Source: Actinomycetota bacterium
GTDB lineage: Bacteria; Actinomycetota; Acidimicrobiia; IMCC26256; VFJJ01
Assembly (NCBI GenBank): GCA_009886115.1
Contig: VFJJ01000015.1
Coordinates: forward strand, 1-50,265
Direction: 5' to 3'
DNA: 50,265 nt
Shown here: in pieces, positions 29,621 through 38,126 of the stretch
How the letters are laid out: each line of letters opens with the position of its first letter
Numbering within the stretch: the first letter of the stretch is position 1
Program-made: the position numbers and the translations under genes
The notes under the pieces: model-generated
Seen by the model: the letters and a program-made list of their open reading frames with translations, nothing else
Databases searched by the model: none
What the model was told of the DNA's origin: nothing

Positions 29621-29665
29621 CTTCTGATCTCTACAGTGTCGACGACCGACGCGAAAGGAACGCTG

Positions 29666-30085
29666 ATGGGCATGATCGACGTGGAGGGAACGGGCACCCC
29701 GGACGACCCGTGGATCCTGACCACGCCGCCGGGCACGTCGGAGTTCGAGGCGTACCGGGACCCCGACGCCGATCCTCCGGCGCTCGTCGTCCGGGTCGGC
29801 GCGACCGAGCTTCGCTACCACCTGCGTTGCATCGACGACGTGCACGCGATGCTGATCGAGCGAGGTGACTGGATGCCGTTGGGCAACGCGGACGAGCAGA
29901 AACCGGCAGCGCCCGACACCGTGGAGGCGTGGGGACGCGCCCCCGACAACCCGGTCGGTGGCTGGTACGGCCTCAAGAAGGGTCTGCGCGGTCGGTTCGG
30001 GAACTACGTGCCCCCCGTGCTCAAGGCCCTCGGCCTCGCCGAGGTGGAGCACAACGCTCGCAACAACCGGATGCGAGCCCTGTGA
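29666..30085 (+). CDS. Conserved hypothetical protein (resembles DUF6855, from memory)
   Basis: GTPDDPWILTTPPG..GNADEQK..NPVGGWYGLKKGLRGRF..NNRMRA; AAAGGAA RBS. Confidence 0.7.
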   Translation: MGMIDVEGTGTPDDPWILTTPPGTSEFEAYRDPDADPPALVVRVGATELRYHLRCIDDVHAMLIERGDWMPLGNADEQKPAAPDTVEAWGRAPDNPVGGWYGLKKGLRGRFGNYVPPVLKALGLAEVEHNARNNRMRAL

Positions 30086-30104
30086 CCGCGCGATGCCGCC
30101 CGAG

Positions 30105-30791
30105 TCAGAACGGGGGGAGGCGGCGGAGGTTGGCGTCCCACATCTGTTCGCGGAAGCCGTGGCGGAGGTAGGCGTCGCGGTAGGTGGCGGCGATGGGATC
30201 GGGGAGGGGCTTTCCGCCGACGGCCATGGCCGCGAGCTGGTAGCCGGCGCACAGCTCCAACAGCAGGGCCTCGACCGTGCAGTGCTCGAGGGTGTCGGCC
30301 ACGTTGACCGCGCCGTGATGGCTCATCAGCAAGGCCCGCTTGGACCCGAGGGCCTTGACGATGAGCGGGCCCTCCTCGTCGGGGGTGTGCACGCCGTCGT
30401 CCTCGAAGAAGGCCACGTCGTCGAGGAACAGGCCCGCGTAGGTGTAGTACATCCCGAACGGCTCGGCGGTGGTGGTGAGCGTCGAGATGTTGCGCGAGTG
30501 CGTGTGGATGATGGAATTGATCTCGGGCCGCGCTTCGTACACGGCGGCGTGGAAGTTGATGCCCGGCGATGAAGTAATGGTGCCGGCCTCGCGGATCCCG
30601 AGATCGAAGCCGACCTTCGAGACGTGTTCGGGCAAGGTCTCGTCGAAGTACTGATAGGGCGTGACCCAGAAGGCGTCCTCGCCGGGCACGCGTACGCTGA
30701 CGTGTCCGCCGATCTGGCTGTCGAGGCCTTCCCGGTGGAGGATGCGACGCGCGGCTGCGATGAGATGCCTCACGTCGCCGGGAGCGTTCAC
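30105..30791 (-). CDS. Class II aldolase/adducin family protein
   Basis: GGHVSVR, FHAAVYEARP, IIHTHS, SHHG; GTGA overlap with the upstream gene. Confidence 0.9.
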   Translation of the reverse strand: MNAPGDVRHLIAAARRILHREGLDSQIGGHVSVRVPGEDAFWVTPYQYFDETLPEHVSKVGFDLGIREAGTITSSPGINFHAAVYEARPEINSIIHTHSRNISTLTTTAEPFGMYYTYAGLFLDDVAFFEDDGVHTPDEEGPLIVKALGSKRALLMSHHGAVNVADTLEHCTVEALLLELCAGYQLAAMAVGGKPLPDPIAATYRDAYLRHGFREQMWDANLRRLPPF

Positions 30792-31996
30792 AGGGTCGTC
30801 GTCGCTGCTGATCGCTGGGCCTCGGGTGGCTCCGGGAGCTTCAGCCCGAACAGCTCGACGCAGGTGTCGCGCACGATCGCCGCCCGGGCCTCGGCGGGAA
30901 CACCGGCCAGGACGGTGTCGATCACCTGACGGGAGTTGGGCCAGGTACTCGAACCGTGCGGATAGTCGTTGCCCCACATCAGATTGCCGTACCCCATCAG
31001 GGGCAGCGCCGCGTCGTGGATGCCGATGGGGTCCTCGAGAAACGTCGCGTAGATCTGGCGCTTGTAGTACCCGCTCGGCGCCATGGTGAGCTCGGTGTCG
31101 AAGCTGGCTCGGTAGCGGTTCCACCACAGGTCGGCCATGTGCAGCCAGAAACCGATCCAGCCGATCTCGTTCTCGGCTGAGACGATCTTCAACCGGGGGA
31201 AGCGCTCGAGCACTCCCGAGAACACGATGTCGGTGAGGCTGTGCACGACCTCCTCGTGCAGCTCCATGAGACCGCCGAAGTACTCGTTGGCCGGCAGGTC
31301 GGTGAGCATCTGCTTCGACGGGCGTCCATGACCGGTGAGGATGTGCAGCCCCACGGGCATGTCGAGGTCTTGAGCGGCGGCCCAGAAGCGGTCGTAGGAA
31401 CGCCCGGTGAACGGGCGGTCGGCGGGGGGCGACGCCATGACCATGACGCCCCGCAGACCCCGGTCGCGCGTGCGCTCGAGCTCGGCGATGGCCCCGTCGA
31501 CATCGAGGATGCCGGCGAGGCCCATGCCGACGAGCCGGTTGGTGTCGTAGGAGCAGAACTCGGAGAGCCAGTCGTTGTAGGCCCGGAAGAGCGCCGCCTG
31601 GTACGCGAGGTCCTCGACCCGGAACATGGGGAAGGCCAAGCTGGCGTACAGCACCTCGGCGGAGACCCCGTCGACATCCTGAGCGGCGAGCCGTGCCGCA
31701 GGGTCCCAGCCGCCGGCCGGGGCATCGGCTTCGGCCAACGCCTTCGTGTTGTGCGCGGCGAGCTCGTCGTCGCGCTTGTTGGCTGCGAACAGGCCCGAGT
31801 AGTTCACGATCGGGATGCCGCCGCCGCCGAACTTGTACTTGCTCGCCGCCTCGTCGTAGAAGATGCGAGGCACACGGTCGCGGTAGCGGGTATCGACGCG
31901 CTCGGCCCAGAGATCGCCGGGCTCGAGCACATGGGAGTCGGCCGAGACGATGATCTCGGACGCGCCGCCGCTCGTGTCGCCCGCGGAACTCGTCAC
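30788..31996 (-). CDS. Amidohydrolase_2 family protein (decarboxylase/hydratase-like)
   Basis: SADSHVLEP, AYNDWL, GLHI, GVLERFPRLK, AENEIGW, WGNDYPH. Confidence 0.9.
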   Translation of the reverse strand: MTSSAGDTSGGASEIIVSADSHVLEPGDLWAERVDTRYRDRVPRIFYDEAASKYKFGGGGIPIVNYSGLFAANKRDDELAAHNTKALAEADAPAGGWDPAARLAAQDVDGVSAEVLYASLAFPMFRVEDLAYQAALFRAYNDWLSEFCSYDTNRLVGMGLAGILDVDGAIAELERTRDRGLRGVMVMASPPADRPFTGRSYDRFWAAAQDLDMPVGLHILTGHGRPSKQMLTDLPANEYFGGLMELHEEVVHSLTDIVFSGVLERFPRLKIVSAENEIGWIGFWLHMADLWWNRYRASFDTELTMAPSGYYKRQIYATFLEDPIGIHDAALPLMGYGNLMWGNDYPHGSSTWPNSRQVIDTVLAGVPAEARAAIVRDTCVELFGLKLPEPPEAQRSAATTTL

Positions 31997-32490
31997 GAGA
32001 AGCGCTCTGTCAGCATCTCGACGTTGAGGGTGGAACCGTCGCTCGAACCAATGGGCCGTGCCGGCCAGCGCCCATCCTTGAAGATGACGATCACGCGCAC
32101 CCCCTCGGGCCCGGCGATGAGCGGGCCGTACACCTGACCGGCCTTGGCGATGCGGATGTCGCCGGCGTGGTACCAGTGACCGCTCACCTGCTGGCTGCCT
32201 TCGAGCAGGAACTCGGAGTAGTCGCAGTCGTGGAAGTGCGGCTCGATGCGGCACTGCGGCGGGAAGAACACGTTGAACACCGCGGGCGCAGTGATGTCGT
32301 CGGGATCACCGATCTTGTACTGGCTCACCTCGACGCCGTTGGGCAGGGTCTGCCAGCCGATCTCGTCCCACGACGTGCCGGCATGACCGCGCCGGCCCAG
32401 CTGCACCTTGATGCTGGCTCCCTGGGGAAGTCCCTCGGCCTCGTCGGCGGTGTCGGCGCTGTCGGCGCTGTCGTTCTCGGTGACGGACAT
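31993..32490 (-). CDS. Cupin-domain protein
   Basis: PPQCRIEPHFHDCDYSEFLLEGS..GDIRIAKAGQVYGP; AAGGAG RBS. Confidence 0.75.
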   Translation of the reverse strand: MSVTENDSADSADTADEAEGLPQGASIKVQLGRRGHAGTSWDEIGWQTLPNGVEVSQYKIGDPDDITAPAVFNVFFPPQCRIEPHFHDCDYSEFLLEGSQQVSGHWYHAGDIRIAKAGQVYGPLIAGPEGVRVIVIFKDGRWPARPIGSSDGSTLNVEMLTERFS

Positions 32491-32504
32491 CGGTGCTCCT
32501 TCGA

Positions 32505-32539
32505 GATCGAACGGGATCGAACGCGATCGAACGCGATCG
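32505..32539. repeat. Intergenic 10-bp tandem repeat GATCGAACG(G/C) x3.5
   Basis: Read directly. Confidence 0.85.
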
Positions 32540-32557
32540 GGACCAGTGTGGCAGGCC

Positions 32558-33289
32558 TCAGGCAGCCGCGTCGCGGTAGAGCATCCACATCTCGTGGAAC
32601 AGTCGGCCGGTGTCGAGCGTGCAGTCGTAGACGTGCTTGCGGCCCTCCGGTGTCGTCGCGTAGGCCGAGACCAGCTCGATGCCCTCGTCGCCGTGCTCCT
32701 CGTCGGCGGTGATGTGCATGGTGAAGAACACGACCTGCTCGTCGCTGAGCCCGTAATTGGCCTTGAGCGCGTTGACCATGCGGGCGAACGTGGCCGGCAC
32801 GAACGACTCCAACCCGATGGCGATGGCGCTGAGCGGCACGAACCACTCGCGACACAGCCCCATGAACTCGAAGTACTCGGTGAGTCGTCGTCCCGCCGGC
32901 ACCTGCTCTGCGCCGCGTATGGCATCGGCGTCGGCGCCGATCGCTCGGGCGAATTCCAGCAACAACTCGGGGTGGGCCTTGGTGTTGGTGAAGGTCCCCA
33001 TGCACTCTTCGGCCAGGTTCTTCACCAGGGTGGTGCGGACCGCCTCGTGCGGGCAGCGGACGTAGATGGCGCCGATCCAGGGGAGCATCCGGCTGATGTG
33101 CAGGTAGAACTGCTCGGTCCAGGCCGCGATCTGCTCGAGCGTGGCCCGACCGGATTCGAGGTCGAGCAGGAACGGATGGTCGTGCATGCCGTTGCCCGGC
33201 CGAGCGAGCTCTCGGCGCATGAGGCCCACGAACTCATCGGGTGTCATCGCGGCCAGATCGGCGGTCGTCGGGGCAAAGGTAGCGGCCAT
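32558..33289 (-). CDS. TenA/PqqC/CADD-like heme-oxygenase-like diiron oxidase
   Basis: DHPF, QFY, NLAEE..AH, GLE, FFTMHITADEEH: CADD-type E/H/E/H/D/H ligand set. Confidence 0.8.
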   Translation of the reverse strand: MAATFAPTTADLAAMTPDEFVGLMRRELARPGNGMHDHPFLLDLESGRATLEQIAAWTEQFYLHISRMLPWIGAIYVRCPHEAVRTTLVKNLAEECMGTFTNTKAHPELLLEFARAIGADADAIRGAEQVPAGRRLTEYFEFMGLCREWFVPLSAIAIGLESFVPATFARMVNALKANYGLSDEQVVFFTMHITADEEHGDEGIELVSAYATTPEGRKHVYDCTLDTGRLFHEMWMLYRDAAA

Positions 33290-33386
33290 GGGTTCTCCTG
33301 GGTGGGCGTTGCTGCGGCGGCAGTCTGAGCGATCGCTTGGCCGATCCCCCGACCGGTTCCCCGCGGCCACGATCAATCGATCGTCA

Positions 33387-33402
33387 AACCATGATCATAG
33401 TT
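33387..33402. promoter_or_regulatory. Candidate operator, motif B
   Basis: AACCATGATCATAGTT, a near-perfect 16-bp palindrome upstream of the diiron-oxidase operon. Confidence 0.55.
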
Positions 33403-33413
33403 CTGAAGGGATG

Positions 33414-33911
33414 TCATGGCAAGAAGTCACCGGCGTCGATTCGCACGTCGCGGATCGTGGTGTCGATCGCTCTCAGACCCTTCGCCGGCATGGCCCCGAG
33501 GCCGAACTCGATCTCGGCCAGGGCCTTCGCGGCCTTGACGACGATCTCGGTTCCGGCCGGTGTTATGCGGGCCAGCACCGTCCGCCGATCGTCGGGATGT
33601 GGTACCCGCTCGACGTGCCCGTCGGTCTCGAGGCGGTCGATGGTGTTGGTGACGCTCGTCGGATGCACCATCAGCCGCACGCCCATCTTGCCCATGGGCA
33701 GTGCGCCCGTCCGGGAGAAGTGCAGCAGAGCCAAGGCCTCGAAGCGCGAGAACGTGAGCCCGAGCGGTCGCAGGGCCTCGTTGATCCGGTGCAGGACGAT
33801 CTGGTGGGCGCGGGTGATGGACGTGGCCGCACTCATCGCGTCGGTGGCGCCCCAGCCGTGGACGCTCCAGTTGCGGCGGGCCTCGTCGATGGGGTCGAAC
33901 GGCAGGGGCAC
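33414..33911 (-). CDS. MarR-family transcriptional regulator
   Basis: GLTFSRFEAL, VHPTSVTNTIDRLE..G.VER.PHPDDRR. Confidence 0.92.
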   Translation of the reverse strand: MPLPFDPIDEARRNWSVHGWGATDAMSAATSITRAHQIVLHRINEALRPLGLTFSRFEALALLHFSRTGALPMGKMGVRLMVHPTSVTNTIDRLETDGHVERVPHPDDRRTVLARITPAGTEIVVKAAKALAEIEFGLGAMPAKGLRAIDTTIRDVRIDAGDFLP

Positions 33912-33986
33912 GATGAGGATCGTACGGCATCGGGACCGAGAAATCTAGGACTTCCAAGTATCGGAGATCCGTGTAATACTCGGGGC

Positions 33987-35699
33987 ATGAGCGATGCGAG
34001 CCCCCGTCGTCCGTCCGCCGCCAACGCCGCCAACGCCGCCAACGAGGGTGCAGCAGTTCCGTCGGAGGCCACGGTCACGGCTCGGGCCGCCTACGACGCT
34101 GCCTTCGCCGCATCACCGGTGCGAACCGACGTCGACTTCGAGACCCTGAGCGGGATCCCGCTCGATCCGGTCTACGGCGACGCTCCCTTCCCCGGCCAGT
34201 ACCCGTACACCCGGGGTGTCTACGCCTCGATGTACCGGTCGAAGCTGTGGACGATGCGGATGTTCGCCGGCTTCGGAACGGCCGAGGACACCAACGCCCG
34301 CTTCAAGGAGTTGTTGCGCGCCGGGGGCACGGGCCTGTCGACGGCGTTCGACATGCCCACCCTGATGGGTCGCGACTCCGACAACGACTGGGCGGTGGGC
34401 GAGGTCGGCCGTGCTGGCGTTGCCATCGACACCTTGGCCGACATGGAAGACCTGTTCGCCGACATCGACCTCGGGGGCGTGTCGACGTCGATGACCATCA
34501 ACGGTCCGGCGCCGATCCTGCTCGCCATGTACGTGGCCGTCGCCGAGAGCACCGGGGTACCCCGCAAGGCCTTGGCCGGCACGATCCAGAACGACATCCT
34601 CAAGGAGTATCAGGCGCAGAAGGAGTACATCTTCCCGCCCCGCCCGTCGATGCGGATCATCACCGACATGATGCGCTTCACGTCGGCGGAGATGCCCAAG
34701 TGGCACCCGGTCTCGATCTCCGGATACCACATCCGTGAGGCCGGCTCGACGGCCGTGCAGGAGCTGGCGTTCACCCTGGCGAACGGTTTCGCCTACGTGG
34801 AGGCGGCCATGGCGACGGGTCTGCCGATCGACGAGTTCGCCCCCCGCCTGTCGTTCTTCTTCAACTCGCACTCCGACTTCTTCGAGGAGATCGGCAAGTT
34901 CCGGGCGGCCCGACGCATCTGGGCCCGGTGGATGAAGGAGCGCTACGGAGCCGAGCAGGAGCGGTCGCTGCTGTTGCGCTTCCACACGCAGACGGCGGGT
35001 GTGTCACTCACCGCGCAGCAGCCCGAGATCAACATTGCCCGCGTCGCCATGCAGGCCTTGGCCGGCGTGCTCGGGGGCACCCAGAGCCTGCACACCGATT
35101 CGTTCGACGAGGCCCTGGCGTTGCCCACCGAGAAGGCAGCTCGCATCGCGCTCCGTACCCAGCAGCTCGTCGCCTACGAGACGGGCGCCGCCAACGTGGC
35201 CGACCCGCTCGGCGGCTCGCACTACGTCGAGTGGATGACCGACGAGATGGAGCGCCGGGCCGAGGAGATCTTCGAGCACCTCGACGCTCTGGGCGACGGC
35301 TCGATCCTCGAAGGCGTCTACCGGGGCATCGACAACGGATACTTCACCGGCTCGATCGCCGACGCCGCATACCGATTCGAGCGTGAGGTCAACAGTGGAC
35401 GCCGCATCATCGTGGGCGTCAACGAGTTCACCGAGGGGGACGAGCGCAGCTCCGATCTCTTGTCGATCGGCCAGGACACCGAAGACCTCCAGCTCAAGAG
35501 GCTCGCCACGGTCAAGCAGGCCCGTTCCGATGCCGAGGTGGCCGCGGCGTTGACCCGGCTCCAGGTCGACGCCCGAGACGCCAACACCAACCTCATGCCC
35601 GGCTTCATCGACGCCGTCAAGGTGCAGGCCACCGAAGGCGAGATCGTCGCGGCCCTCGAAGACGTCTTCGGCACCTACGTGGAGCAGGTGATCGTGTGA
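33987..35699 (+). CDS. B12-dependent acyl-CoA mutase large subunit, isobutyryl-CoA mutase-like
   Basis: FPGQYPYTRG, WTMRMFAGF, QNDILKEYQAQKE, SISGYH, GGTQSLHT; no fused B12-binding domain. Confidence 0.92.
   Translation: MSDASPRRPSAANAANAANEGAAVPSEATVTARAAYDAAFAASPVRTDVDFETLSGIPLDPVYGDAPFPGQYPYTRGVYASMYRSKLWTMRMFAGFGTAEDTNARFKELLRAGGTGLSTAFDMPTLMGRDSDNDWAVGEVGRAGVAIDTLADMEDLFADIDLGGVSTSMTINGPAPILLAMYVAVAESTGVPRKALAGTIQNDILKEYQAQKEYIFPPRPSMRIITDMMRFTSAEMPKWHPVSISGYHIREAGSTAVQELAFTLANGFAYVEAAMATGLPIDEFAPRLSFFFNSHSDFFEEIGKFRAARRIWARWMKERYGAEQERSLLLRFHTQTAGVSLTAQQPEINIARVAMQALAGVLGGTQSLHTDSFDEALALPTEKAARIALRTQQLVAYETGAANVADPLGGSHYVEWMTDEMERRAEEIFEHLDALGDGSILEGVYRGIDNGYFTGSIADAAYRFEREVNSGRRIIVGVNEFTEGDERSSDLLSIGQDTEDLQLKRLATVKQARSDAEVAAALTRLQVDARDANTNLMPGFIDAVKVQATEGEIVAALEDVFGTYVEQVIV
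34017..34043. repeat. (GCCGCCAAC)x3 in the mutase N-terminus
   Basis: Encodes AANAANAAN. Confidence 0.85.
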
Positions 35700-36145
35700 C
35701 GGGCGCCGAGACGGTCACCGACCCCGGGGGGTCGGCCCACGGCCAGATCGAGGCAGCGCCCATCCGCATCGTCCTGGCCAAGCTGGGCCTTGACGGCCAC
35801 GACCGGGGCATCAAGGTCGTCGCCCGGCTCATGCGCGATGCCGGCTTCGAGGTCGTGTATCTCGGTCTGCGCCAGACCGTCGACATGGTCGTCGCCGCCG
35901 TCGAGCAAGAGGACGCCGACGCCATCGGCATCTCGATGCTGAACGGAGGGCATCTCACCCTGGCGCCCCGCATGGTCGAGGCAGTGCGCGCCGCCGGTCT
36001 CGACGTGCCCGTCATCATCGGCGGCATCGTGCCCGACGCCGACATCGCCAAGCTGTTGCAGGCCGGAGTGGCTGCAGTGCTCACGCCGGGGACGCCGGCC
36101 GAGGAGCTGGTACGGGTCGTCCGCGGGGCCGTGTCGGGAGCGTGA
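35696..36145 (+). CDS. Acyl-CoA mutase cobalamin-binding small subunit
   Basis: KLGLDGHDRG (DxHxxG), GIS, IIGG. Confidence 0.93.
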   Translation: MTGAETVTDPGGSAHGQIEAAPIRIVLAKLGLDGHDRGIKVVARLMRDAGFEVVYLGLRQTVDMVVAAVEQEDADAIGISMLNGGHLTLAPRMVEAVRAAGLDVPVIIGGIVPDADIAKLLQAGVAAVLTPGTPAEELVRVVRGAVSGA

Positions 36146-37104
36146 GCCCCCGGGTCGACGTCCCGATCGCCGACCTGTTCGAGCGGGCCCGTGCCGGTGA
36201 GCGCCGGGCGCTGGGACGTCTGCTGTCGTACGCCGAGGCCGGGGGTGCGCGAGCCGACGAGCTCACTGATCTCGTGCATCCGCACACCGGCGGGGCCCAC
36301 GTGGTCGGCATCACCGGCGCGCCCGGGGCTGGGAAGTCGACGCTCACCGGTCAGCTCGTTGCTCACGCTGACGGCACGGGGATGCGCTGTGCCGTGTTGG
36401 CTGTCGACCCGTCCTCGCCGTTGAGCGGGGGAGCGATCCTGGGCGACCGCATCCGCATGGACCCGGTCGTGCGTCAGGGGGCGTTCATTCGCTCGATGGC
36501 GACGCGGGGACACGGGGGCGGGCTCTCGCTGGCCGTCCCAGCGGCGATCCGGGTGCTCGACGCCGTCGGCTACGACCGCGTGGTCGTCGAGACGGTCGGG
36601 GTGGGCCAGATCGAGATCGACGTCGCCTCCGCGGCCGACACCGTGGTGGTCGTGGTGACGCCCGGCTGGGGCGACGCAGTGCAGGCCAACAAGGCGGGGC
36701 TGCTCGAGCTGGCCGACGTGCTCGTGGTCAACAAGGCCGACCGTCCCGGCGCCGACGACTCCCGCCGCGATCTCGAGCTGATGCTCGACCTCACCGTCCT
36801 CGGCGCGTGGCGGCCGCCGATCGTGCTCACGACCGCGACCGAGGCCAGGGGGATCGGCGATCTGCACGACACCCTGGTGGCGCACCGGGGCTTTCTCGAC
36901 GAGAGCGGCACGCTGCCCGACCGTCGTCGCCGCAGGGCCCGCCACGAGTTGGTGACGCGCGTCGAGGTGCTGCTCGCCCGCCTGACCCGGTCGGAGGTCG
37001 CGACCCCCGACGGGCTGGCCCTGCTCGACGCCGTCGCCGAGCGTCGCACGACCCCGAGCGCGGCGGCCGACGCGTTGCTCGCGGCCGTGATCGCCCGCGC
37101 CTGA
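36142..37104 (+). CDS. meaB: Mutase-associated GTPase MeaB
   Basis: GAPGAGKST, AVDPSSP, GDRIRM, ETVGVGQ, NKAD. Confidence 0.95.
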   Translation: MSPRVDVPIADLFERARAGERRALGRLLSYAEAGGARADELTDLVHPHTGGAHVVGITGAPGAGKSTLTGQLVAHADGTGMRCAVLAVDPSSPLSGGAILGDRIRMDPVVRQGAFIRSMATRGHGGGLSLAVPAAIRVLDAVGYDRVVVETVGVGQIEIDVASAADTVVVVVTPGWGDAVQANKAGLLELADVLVVNKADRPGADDSRRDLELMLDLTVLGAWRPPIVLTTATEARGIGDLHDTLVAHRGFLDESGTLPDRRRRRARHELVTRVEVLLARLTRSEVATPDGLALLDAVAERRTTPSAAADALLAAVIARA

Positions 37105-37131
37105 TCGAGCCTCACGTGGCTCGCCGATCGA

Positions 37132-37153
37132 TTCAATCGAACGGTTGGTCGAG
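37132..37153. promoter_or_regulatory. Candidate operator, motif A
   Basis: TTCAATCGAACGGTTGGTCGAG; 20/22 identical to 42087-42108. Confidence 0.55.
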
Positions 37154-37249
37154 CGGTTCGTCGAACGCCGGGCACCGCCCGGGTCCCGTTCGATACAGTG
37201 CCGCGCACGTGGCGGCTGTTCGGCTGGCAGGGCGACCGAGGAGGAAACG

Positions 37250-38092
37250 ATGAGCGCGATGCTGCGGGGTCTGGCGGGCAAGAAGGTGCTCATCACGGGC
37301 GCCTTCAAGGGTCAGGGGTTCAACCACGCCAAGGCTTTCGCCGATGCCGGCTGCGACATCGCAGCCCTCGACATCATCGAGCCCATCCCCGACGTGTACG
37401 CCTTGGCCACCAAGGACATGATGGACGCCACGATCAGGGCGATCGAAGATCGCGACCAACGGTGTGTCGCGCTGCCCTGCGACCTGCGCGACGAGGCCCA
37501 GGTGAAGGCCGCGGTCGACAAGGCGCTCGAAGAGTTCGACGGGGTCATCGACATCGTCGTCAACAACGCCGGCATCGCTGCGCTCGACTCGATCACCGAG
37601 ATGCGCGGCAACGTGATGGACGCCGTGATCGACACGATCGTCAAGGGCCACATGTACGTGGCCAAGTACGCGGTGCCGAACATGATCGGCCGGCGCCAAG
37701 GCAAGATCGTCAACATCTCGTCAGCGGTCACCGGCAGCGGTCACGCCATGCTCTCGCATTACGTCGCGGCCAAGCACGCCATCAACGGGCTCACCGAGGC
37801 CTGGGCCATGGAGCTGGCCGAGTTCAACATCAACGTGAACGCCATCGCGCCGGCGACCATCAGGCCCGGGGAGGGCCAGGGCTCGGGCATGGTGCTCGGG
37901 CTCGCCGGCAGCATTGACATGTCGCCCGAGGCGGCGTACGACCACTTCTCGACCATGGGCAACGTACCCGGCGACAAGTGGCGCGCCGAGATGCAGGACA
38001 TCACCGACGCGGTGCTGTTCCTCGCCTCCGACAATGCCGACAAGATCACCGGTCACGTCATGCGGGTCGACTGCGGCCAGATGTTCCGGTAG
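37250..38092 (+). CDS. SDR oxidoreductase, mycofactocin-associated type
   Basis: TGAFKGQGFNHA; insert DIIEPIPDVYALATKD; NNAG; HYVAAKH; GAGGAGG RBS. Confidence 0.85.
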   Translation: MSAMLRGLAGKKVLITGAFKGQGFNHAKAFADAGCDIAALDIIEPIPDVYALATKDMMDATIRAIEDRDQRCVALPCDLRDEAQVKAAVDKALEEFDGVIDIVVNNAGIAALDSITEMRGNVMDAVIDTIVKGHMYVAKYAVPNMIGRRQGKIVNISSAVTGSGHAMLSHYVAAKHAINGLTEAWAMELAEFNINVNAIAPATIRPGEGQGSGMVLGLAGSIDMSPEAAYDHFSTMGNVPGDKWRAEMQDITDAVLFLASDNADKITGHVMRVDCGQMFR

Positions 38093-38126
38093 CGGTCAAC
38101 GACAACGGTCGGCGGGTCACCGAGTC

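Noticed and set aside
32505..32539. Iterons or CRISPR repeat
   Set aside because: Only 3.5 contiguous 10-bp units; no rep or cas gene nearby
32558..33289. pqqC or thiaminase II (tenA)
   Set aside because: No pqq or thi context; the ligand pattern fits a CADD-like diiron protein better
33141..33986. 852-aa extended mutase N-terminus from the ORF track
   Set aside because: Overlaps marR and the diiron oxidase gene on the opposite strand; mutase similarity begins after ATG 33987
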